Positions 27,811 to 35,428 of a DNA stretch of 64,000 nucleotides are shown here, piece by piece (within the stretch, counting starts at the first letter, position 1; every line of letters starts with the position of its first letter). This DNA comes from a virus. Its lineage: Duplodnaviria; Caudoviricetes. The translations under genes and the position numbers were made by a program. The DNA lies in IMG/VR virus record IMGVR_UViG_3300025868_000003, positions 7,340 to 71,339 of that record. The stretch is one strand, 5' to 3'. Below the pieces are notes generated by a model. The model saw nothing but the letters and a program-made list of their open reading frames with translations. It was not told the DNA's origin and ran no database searches.

Positions 27811-28707
27811 ATGTTTACTAGACATAAGTATATAGACTCTAGCAAAGTAGATTGGACTACTATAGAAAACCCAGCCGCATCTATTAAAAGAGATGGGGCC
27901 CATTTCTTCCTCAGTTTTGACTCCAAAGGAGCACCATCTTTTATATCGAGGAGACCTTCAGTTAAAGGTGGATTTCCCGATAAAACAAATAGGGTTCCTC
28001 ACCTAGCCTCTTTTAAAGCTCAGGAATTGGCCGGACATACATATTCGGTGGAGTTAGTCCATACAGGTAAGGTTAAAACTGAAGATGATAACCATGCTAG
28101 GGTATCTGGAATACTTAACTCATTACCAGCTAAAGCTATTGAATCTCAGAAAGAGCATGGCCCAGTCCGAGCAGTTCTTTTAGATACTATTAACCCACCC
28201 TTACAGACTTACGCTCAGAAGATGGAACACCTGAACAAGGTGGAAAGGATTATAGGGAAATCTGATTTAATCTTCTCCCCAAAAGTATATACAGATTTAC
28301 CCAGTATAGTTAAGTTAATAGATCATACTAAAAATACAGGCAAAGAGGGGGTTATAGTTACTAGTTGGACTAAGCCTGAACTACATAACCCTCGTGTTAA
28401 GATTAAACACATAGATACTTATAATCTACGTGTAGTTGGTATGGAGGAAGAACACCATATACATGGTAAGCCTAAAGGATCTATGGGGGCACTAATACTG
28501 GCCGATGCTACTGGTAAGATCGTAGGTAAGATGGGTACTGGATTTACCAGGGACATGAGGATAGACATGTGGGCCCATAAGAGTAGGGTTATGAACAGCC
28601 TGATACAGGGTAAAACCTTTGGTCAAGGTGGGGTGGATCGCTCTGGAAAACTTAGGGTGCTCGTATATAACGGGGCAGCCGATGGGGAGTGCGATACTAT
28701 TTCGTAA
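27811..28707 (+). CDS. ATP-dependent DNA ligase (minimal NTase + OB)
   Basis: Motif I IKRDG, VEL, EGVIV, KIK; OB domain GSMGAL..GKMGTGF. Confidence 0.88.
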   Translation: MFTRHKYIDSSKVDWTTIENPAASIKRDGAHFFLSFDSKGAPSFISRRPSVKGGFPDKTNRVPHLASFKAQELAGHTYSVELVHTGKVKTEDDNHARVSGILNSLPAKAIESQKEHGPVRAVLLDTINPPLQTYAQKMEHLNKVERIIGKSDLIFSPKVYTDLPSIVKLIDHTKNTGKEGVIVTSWTKPELHNPRVKIKHIDTYNLRVVGMEEEHHIHGKPKGSMGALILADATGKIVGKMGTGFTRDMRIDMWAHKSRVMNSLIQGKTFGQGGVDRSGKLRVLVYNGAADGECDTIS

Positions 28708-28721
28708 ATAAGTACCATATA

Positions 28722-28751
28722 AAAGAAAGCCGGAGTACATCTGGCTTTTTT
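28722..28751. terminator. Intrinsic terminator
   Basis: AAAGCCGGA-gtaca-TCTGGCTTTTTT. Confidence 0.65.
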
Positions 28752-28839
28752 AGGCTAAAGGTAATTACACTTGTTGTTTTAATTAAATTAAAAGACGTAG
28801 TTTGGTATAATATAAATACATAACTTTAGTAGGTATACC

Positions 28840-30765
28840 ATGGTCACATCATATAACCCGATACCGGGATTGAAAGAGCAACACCCTAATCTGGATTTCC
28901 ATAACTCCATATATAATGGTAACCTGATACCGATTGAGTTCGAGTGTAAAATACACCCTGGTGAGAAGCAGTTTAGAACCCCTAAGTCTATGAAGCTAGG
29001 AGCTGGATGTGAATCCTGTAAGAGAGAGTCACTTAGAAATAGGTACTCTACTACACAAGACTCTTTCATAGAGAAACTGAGAGTATTATACGGAGATTCA
29101 GTAGGATACGAGAAAGTATATTACGTAAACTCGGATACCAACGTAATACTAGTATGTCCTGAGCATGGGGATTTTTCAGTAAGACCGACTATTTTACTTA
29201 ATAAGAAACAAGGTGTACCGGCCTGTACGAAATGCTCAAAGTTAAGCTCTGGGAGAAAATTAGCTTTAACTCAAACCATATTTCTGGAAAGGCTGAATGA
29301 AATTCATGGCGGGTCAGTGCAGCTATGTAAAGGTTCTACTTATCATAACTACAACACTGAAGTAGAGGTTAATTGTACTACGTGCGGCCATGTCTGGGAA
29401 GTTACTCCTATAAACCTAATAGGTGGGGAATCTGGATGCCCTCAGTGCGCCGGGAATACTAGGCTAACTCTAGATAGGATAATTGAAGCTGCAAGGCGTA
29501 CACAAAAAACACCAGACCAATTTGATTATAGTTTAGTGGATACATCCAACTTGAGTAGACACGGTAAGATTACTCTAGTATGTAAACACCATCCAGACAC
29601 GCCATTCCTCCAGGAAACTGGAGATCACATGAGGGGCGTTGGATGCTCAGTATGTTCAGGTAAACTACGCAAAGATATCCCATCATTAGTAAAAGGTATA
29701 GAGGAGAAGTTTGGAGTAGGAGTTATAACCTGTATTTCAGATACCTATACTAATAATCATGCCTACTATGATTTTGTATGTACGGCTAATGGACACGCTT
29801 TTAAATCCACTGCCAATAACATATTGAGAAGAGATAGGACTAACGCCTGCCCGGTATGTCAGGGGTCTAACCAGCAGGCTGAATTGGTAGAATTTATCAA
29901 AAGGTTAGGGGTGGAGATTACAGTTAATGATAGAACATTAATATCCCCGTTGGAGTTAGACATAGTTATACCTAACTTAAGGATAGCTATAGAATATAAT
30001 GGTGTGTACTTTCATTCTGATGCATTTAATAATGGGTTCGCAGATACGACGGCTCATAAAGACCCCAAGGCTAGACACTTACATAAAACCCTATTATGCG
30101 CTGAGAAAGAATATAGGTTGATTCATATATTTGAAGATGAATGGGTTCATAAAAAAGACTTGGTTAAAAATAAGCTAACTCATATTCTTAATGCAAATTT
30201 TAGGAAGGTGTATGCTAGACTCACTACCGTAGGGGTGGTGGATTTTAATAATAGCACAGAGTTCTTTAACAAGAATCATTTACAGGGTGTGGCTAAAGGT
30301 GCATCCGTGACGTACGGTCTGTACTCTAATGGTGAATTAGTGGCATGTATGTCATTTTGTAAACCTAGATTTAACAAGAGTAATGATGTGGAGATACTTA
30401 GGTATGCTACTACCATGTCTGTAGTAGGTGGATTCAGCAAACTACTTAAACATTTTATAAGGGCTAACCCGACTGTTACCTCGGTAGTTAGCTATTCAGA
30501 TAAAAGATGGTCGGTGGGTGGGGTGTATAAGAAGGCCGGGTTTACCCTATCTGGCTCATCTTCTCCAGGATATTTCTATGTAGATAATACATCCAATAGA
30601 TATAATAGGATGTTGTTTATGAAAAGTAAATTATCGGGGAAACTTAAGAAGTTTGACCCAAGCCTTTCAGAAGCCGATAACTGTAGGAATAATGGTCTAT
30701 ACCGAATATGGGACTGCGGCATGGACGTATGGGAACTAAAGCTAAATACACCTAGCCTATCTTGA
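28840..30765 (+). mobile_element. Hef-like homing endonuclease: Cys/His Zn repeats, Vsr-like nuclease, GNAT-like C-terminal domain
   Basis: About five C-x2-(H/C)...GC-x2-C repeats; ELDIVIP..IAIEYNGVYFH; IHIFEDEW; VVGGFSKLL..SYSDKRWS..RIWDCG. Confidence 0.75.
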
Positions 30766-31903
30766 TAGGCGTATTTTCTCTTATTAACCCCTTTTTATAT
30801 GCAGATATAGCCTCTTCCTCTGTTTTAAAATTAACTGTCTTCTGAGTAGTATCAGGTTCAGTCATGTATACCGATCCAATCACTGCTTCATGTCCTGGGG
30901 TAACCATTGAATTATTAAGCCCTTTACGATAGTCATGGATATGGTGCTCAGGTAATAACTTAGCTTTAGCCTCTTCCACGGCTCCTGGAGTCATTGGCAC
31001 AAATACACTCAATGCGTCACCATCGTAGTCGCCTGCGTATAGAGGCAAGTGTAAAGGGTTAATCCCAATTGTTTTCCCCTTGATAGGAACGGGATAATGG
31101 GCAGTAATGTTAGTCCTCATCAAGGTAGGTGCCCGGTTTAGAATAACGGGCACTTGCTTAATTACTTTGTTAAAGGCATTAATCGCTGCTGGGCTACGAC
31201 TATCTATGGCTTTCTTAGCACTGACGTAGTCGAATCCCTGCTTAACTAAGCTTCTAAGAATATGGAACTCATACATTGTCCATAACATATCCTCAGGTAT
31301 AGCAGCCTCGTTAAATCCCAGGTTAGGTTCAGCATAGATGGTAGCCCTACCGGAGAAGTCTTGTTTCTTACTTAGAATTTTACTATGGAAGAACCCACCT
31401 TTAGGCCCAGAGTCTCCACTTATTTGATGCAAGAAACCCTTAAGTTGTTTGCCACGACTAGATCCGGTGATAGCTGGACCTAATCCCATAACAGCCTTAG
31501 CGCCCTCGTATAGGGCCTTACGCTCGTTAATTAGTTGGTCGTTAGGCAACATATCCTTAACGTCCTTCAACGAGTTGTTGACCAGCATATGATCCCTGTA
31601 TAAGGTATTAACGTCTGCATACTCTATACGGTTACCTCCCATAGGTATTACAGGCCTGGATATAGGTGGAATAACTGGCATATTTCTCAAGATGTATGCA
31701 TTCTCAGCCTTTATCCCCATCCTGTTTAAACCGTCCAGGTATTTCACCTTTTTAATTAGGTTGTCTTTTTTAGATACAGAGCGAGTACCGGGTAGGGCAT
31801 CTTTTATACTTTTAATCTGTTTACTAACGTCAACGTCAGTAAGCATGTGTATCAATGCTTCACCACCAGATAGTAAGTCTTCTGTATTAATTTTATTAGT
31901 CAT
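30752..31903 (-). CDS. rpoC: RNA polymerase beta' subunit, catalytic middle part
   Basis: PVIPPISRP, SKKQDFSGRATI, LNRAPTL, AGDYDGD (counterpart of NADFDGD), PGHEAVIGSVYMT. Confidence 0.93.
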   Translation of the reverse strand: MTNKINTEDLLSGGEALIHMLTDVDVSKQIKSIKDALPGTRSVSKKDNLIKKVKYLDGLNRMGIKAENAYILRNMPVIPPISRPVIPMGGNRIEYADVNTLYRDHMLVNNSLKDVKDMLPNDQLINERKALYEGAKAVMGLGPAITGSSRGKQLKGFLHQISGDSGPKGGFFHSKILSKKQDFSGRATIYAEPNLGFNEAAIPEDMLWTMYEFHILRSLVKQGFDYVSAKKAIDSRSPAAINAFNKVIKQVPVILNRAPTLMRTNITAHYPVPIKGKTIGINPLHLPLYAGDYDGDALSVFVPMTPGAVEEAKAKLLPEHHIHDYRKGLNNSMVTPGHEAVIGSVYMTEPDTTQKTVNFKTEEEAISAYKKGLIRENTPIKIG

Positions 31904-31907
31904 GTGT

Positions 31908-32096
31908 TTATTTTAGCTTTAAGAAGTTAACTGCTGATAGCAGGCCCTTCACCCACTCCCCTATAGAGCCAGAAGAAACTATGTTAGTCTTGGGTCTATT
32001 CCATACAGCATCAGCAATCTCTTCTGCAGATGGTATCACAATTGCACTTAAATCTCCAGTAACAACTGGGACTGTGGTTTGTACTGTATTAACTGT
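31908..32096 (-). pseudogene. Start-less C-terminal fragment of a structural gene
   Basis: 63-codon open frame TVNTVQ...AEEIADAVWNRP...FLKLK* with no start codon. Confidence 0.55.
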
Positions 32097-32802
32097 CGCA
32101 AGCTGCGCCGAAACCTATAGTCATCAACCCTTTCCACTGATAACCCCCTTGGACGCCTTGTATCAATCCCCATCTTGCAGTTTGAGCATCATTAGCAGTA
32201 GCAAATCCAGCGAATGTTGCATATCCATTAGCTAAGTCTCCTCCAGAGAATCTAGCTTCTGCTCTACCATAACGAATCATATCAACAACGTGTGGTTGTC
32301 CTTTAGCCACAGCTTGCGTTAGCTGACAGATACTGCCTACACCATATACGTTGGTTCCTCCTGTAGGGGGTGTGCCGTTTGATGTGTCTGCCGTTATAGT
32401 TGGGTCAACTGGATTATTCGCCCATTTACCGTAAGGGAAGGGGGGAACGTCATATCCGCCAACGGTATATCCTTTCCAGTTAGCTAAGGAAGACCCTAAT
32501 ATAGCTACTTGTAAACCGTTATTTGCATAAGCTTGTAACGCCGTCGCAACACCGTGACCGTGCCACACTAAGAATACTTGTCCTGTTGTAAGAGTAACCG
32601 GTGTGCCTAATATACGAGCTATACCGCAAGCACCAGTTGTATTCGTAGCTTGGGAAGTGGTATTAGTACCCTGAAGAGCAGACTCAGTATCTGCTTCATC
32701 TGGTAAAGCACCTGCGTTAGCTCCAGTTAACTCACCCCATGCAGCTGTGTCATTATCCGCAATCCAGTCAGTTAAGTCATGGGTGTATATTGGAGCAGCC
32801 AT
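32089..32802 (-). CDS. Putative virion/tail-associated protein, apparently C-terminally truncated
   Basis: Thr/Gly/Ala-rich; stops abruptly at GAACDS where the orphan fragment begins. Confidence 0.55.
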   Translation of the reverse strand: MAAPIYTHDLTDWIADNDTAAWGELTGANAGALPDEADTESALQGTNTTSQATNTTGACGIARILGTPVTLTTGQVFLVWHGHGVATALQAYANNGLQVAILGSSLANWKGYTVGGYDVPPFPYGKWANNPVDPTITADTSNGTPPTGGTNVYGVGSICQLTQAVAKGQPHVVDMIRYGRAEARFSGGDLANGYATFAGFATANDAQTARWGLIQGVQGGYQWKGLMTIGFGAACDS

Positions 32803-32803
32803 A

Positions 32804-33187
32804 TTATGCTAGGATTTCTGCTACACGAGCATTTGTGATTAGTCCTATCATTGCGCAGTAACCCACTAACATCTGTGTGAGCATATCTGCAACATCTATG
32901 AACTCTGCCGCCTGTATAAGGGCCAGTCCTTGCTGGATATTTATATCAGTAGAAGTGGTAGCTGCAGCCCATTCTATTGCTGTAAATCGTAGAATAAAGT
33001 CTACACGTGATAGCTTCTGCTGAACAGTCTGCACCCAGCTTTGATTAATAAAGTCCCAGGTATTAAATTTCAAGTCAGGGATATCCGTATCATACTTAAA
33101 TATAGTATACCCTTCAGTAGATTTGAAGTTAGAGTCTATTGTGGAAACACCGAACCAATTATCCTTTGTTATCACCCAGTAAGTCAT
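32804..33187 (-). CDS. Hypothetical protein, possibly tail-fibre assembly-like
   Basis: 127 aa; WDFINQSW then a helical RVAEIL C-terminus; coupled to its neighbours. Confidence 0.5.
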   Translation of the reverse strand: MTYWVITKDNWFGVSTIDSNFKSTEGYTIFKYDTDIPDLKFNTWDFINQSWVQTVQQKLSRVDFILRFTAIEWAAATTSTDINIQQGLALIQAAEFIDVADMLTQMLVGYCAMIGLITNARVAEILA

Positions 33188-33468
33188 TATCTGTTTATCC
33201 TCCTCTGTTCTAACAACATTTGACGGATCAGCTGTTGAGTTTCTTTTTGTTCATCTAACATTAGCTTTGTACGTTCATTTAACGTAGCCTGCCCCTCTTT
33301 TAGTTGAATGATTTCCTGTTGTACTATAGCTTGAGATTTGACGTTATCTTCTAATGACTGAATTTTAGTAGTATTCTCAGCCTAGGCCATACCAGATACT
33401 ACTAGGAATGAGCCTATAAACCAGTACTCCTTTAACCACTTTAAAACTGCTTCTTTTTCAATTGCCAT
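33187..33468 (-). pseudogene. Membrane-anchored coiled-coil protein interrupted by an in-frame TAG
   Basis: MAIEKEAVLKWLKEYWFIGSFLVVSGMA*AENTTKIQ...RRINR; TAG at 33382-33384; the final TAA overlaps the next ATG. Confidence 0.7.
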
Positions 33469-33477
33469 AATCCCGCC

Positions 33478-33570
33478 TTAAATCCTAGCCCCACAGTTAA
33501 AGCATCTCCTGTTATTACCTGTGTATTGCCAAACTTTACAGGTGCTACATTGAATTTGAACTAATAACAT
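33478..33570 (-). CDS. 30-aa Zn-ribbon peptide
   Basis: MLLVQIQCSTCKVWQYTGNNRRCFNCGARI; fills the gap between its neighbours. Confidence 0.5.
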   Translation of the reverse strand: MLLVQIQCSTCKVWQYTGNNRRCFNCGARI

Positions 33571-33573
33571 ATC

Positions 33574-33951
33574 TTACACATACGTCAATGACGCCCTATT
33601 ATTCCATATCTGATTAAACTCTGCAAGCCCCGCCCACAGCTGAGTTATTTCACCGTTTACATCCGTTAAGACCTTCTGAATCTGCCATACCGCTGCACTA
33701 GTAGCTGAACCCGGGACTGCTCTACCTACATATGCTACTGAGTAGGAGACTACATCGGAGAGCCCCTCCGTAACTACACCACCTCCTCCGGTGGCACCCG
33801 TCCCTACTACTACCCAGGTACCACCATCCCAATATAAAGGTTTACCCTCAGAGGTAGACCATATAAAGCAGTTAGTACCTGGGTCTGGTGTAGTTTGCCC
33901 TTCTGATATGGCTAAGGAGGGTAACCCCCTATAGGATAGATCCTTGCGCAT
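33574..33951 (-). CDS. Hypothetical virion-associated protein
   Basis: YWDGGTW; YVGRAVPGS..AVWQIQK..W..RASLTY pattern typical of phage fibre-associated modules. Confidence 0.55.
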   Translation of the reverse strand: MRKDLSYRGLPSLAISEGQTTPDPGTNCFIWSTSEGKPLYWDGGTWVVVGTGATGGGGVVTEGLSDVVSYSVAYVGRAVPGSATSAAVWQIQKVLTDVNGEITQLWAGLAEFNQIWNNRASLTYV

Positions 33952-33956
33952 TATCC

Positions 33957-34896
33957 CTACCCTATTACTACAACTCTAATGGTGCTAGCTCCAGGTGGTA
34001 CTGCAAATCCTATAGTTACTGTATTAGAGCCGGATATAGTAACATCAGCATCTACGACGGTGTTAGTAGCTATATCCCTCAGAGAGGTTATAATGTCTAC
34101 ATTACCCAACCCATGAGTAACTACGATACTGGTCGATAGGCCATCCCCAATAGTGGTGGCGTATTTCCTGGCTACAACCGTAGTATCTATTTTTAGCCCA
34201 GTACCAGAGGTTATTAGTCCTGAACCAGTATCCAACTTAACGCTGAAAGTAGCACCAGTAAGGTCAAGTCCATTACCGGCACTATACGCAGATGCAGCAC
34301 CAAATTGAACAATGATAATACTGGTAGTACCGATAAGTATAGTACCGGTATTATTACATCTCCACTGGGTACGTTGATACGTTGTACCCTCTTCTACAAA
34401 CCAAAAGGCTCCTGACGTTATAGTATCGGCAGAATCAGTAGGCCTAGTCCAGGAACCAGAAGAGGCAATCCACGTTCCATTTTGGGTAGCATTAGTTTGA
34501 CCAGTCAGTAAAACCCTGTCGTTGGCTACGAGGGTGACACCGTCTATAGCCAGTGAAGGTAACGTTTCCTATCGGGGCAGCGAACTCATTTAGAGCATAG
34601 CCTTTTACTACTGTAGCTAAGTCACTTACAGTTGATGCCGGTTGAGTACCTGTATGATTACTTCTGTTAAGTGGGTTAACAGACAGCTTAGTTATAGGGA
34701 TATACCCGTCAGGGACTTTAGCCGCATCTAGTATAATCCAAGTAGCTCCATTATATATCTTGATAGCTTCAGAAGATGTATCCCAATAAGGCATACCGGG
34801 CAGTGGTGATCCTGGTGCTGTACCCAGGTTCTGTAGCCTAAAGTTGAGTAACTCATTTTTAGTTAGATCAACGGAGGTTAAAAATTTACGACTCAT
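33957..34896 (-). pseudogene. Fibre/decoration-like gene split by a frameshifting deletion near 34546
   Basis: Frame [12 protein letters not shown]...NVTFTGY; frame B open from 34568 to 33957 ([34 protein letters not shown]) with no upstream start. Confidence 0.7.
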
Positions 34897-34905
34897 GGTT
34901 ATTCC

Positions 34906-35391
34906 TTAATTAAGTATTGCTTGCCCGCTAAAGGCATACGAAAAAGTAACTACTATATTGTTTACATCTACATACTGTATGTCACCCTCTACTACTGTAC
35001 CTGCTGAATCTACAATAGTTATGGAAGGCATCTTGTTCAAATTATGTGTTAAAGACCAGCTAGTAGAGGGTACCGGTTGGTTATATACGAAATTAGAATC
35101 TACTCCAGGTATCCCCTGAGGACCTTGAGTACCCATCTCCCCCTGAGGACCGGCCGGACCTGTAGCCCCATTATCCCCCGGGTCCCCCTTAGCTCCGGTA
35201 GCCCCCTTGGGGCCTATACGTATATCTACCTGAGCCCTAGGACTAAGCTTCTCTACTGGTACGTTTACTACGGGCGACGGAGGTGAACTCACTGAAGGTG
35301 AGAGACTTTGTATAGGAGATGGTATTACGGCAGGCTGACTGCCTACACCAACGCTATAATTACTATCCGAGTTACTGACCGTTATGCCCAT
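34906..35391 (-). CDS. Collagen-repeat virion protein
   Basis: About 12 G-X-Y triplets, then WSLTHNLNKMPSITIVDSAG. Confidence 0.75.
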   Translation of the reverse strand: MGITVSNSDSNYSVGVGSQPAVIPSPIQSLSPSVSSPPSPVVNVPVEKLSPRAQVDIRIGPKGATGAKGDPGDNGATGPAGPQGEMGTQGPQGIPGVDSNFVYNQPVPSTSWSLTHNLNKMPSITIVDSAGTVVEGDIQYVDVNNIVVTFSYAFSGQAILN

Positions 35392-35428
35392 TGCACTATT
35401 TTAATGCAATGGACATATTACTAGGAGG

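Noticed and set aside
33382-33384. Alternative genetic code (TAG recoding)
   Set aside because: TAG terminates several intact, tightly packed genes (e.g. 26840, 33957, 46461), and long ORFs are open under the standard code.
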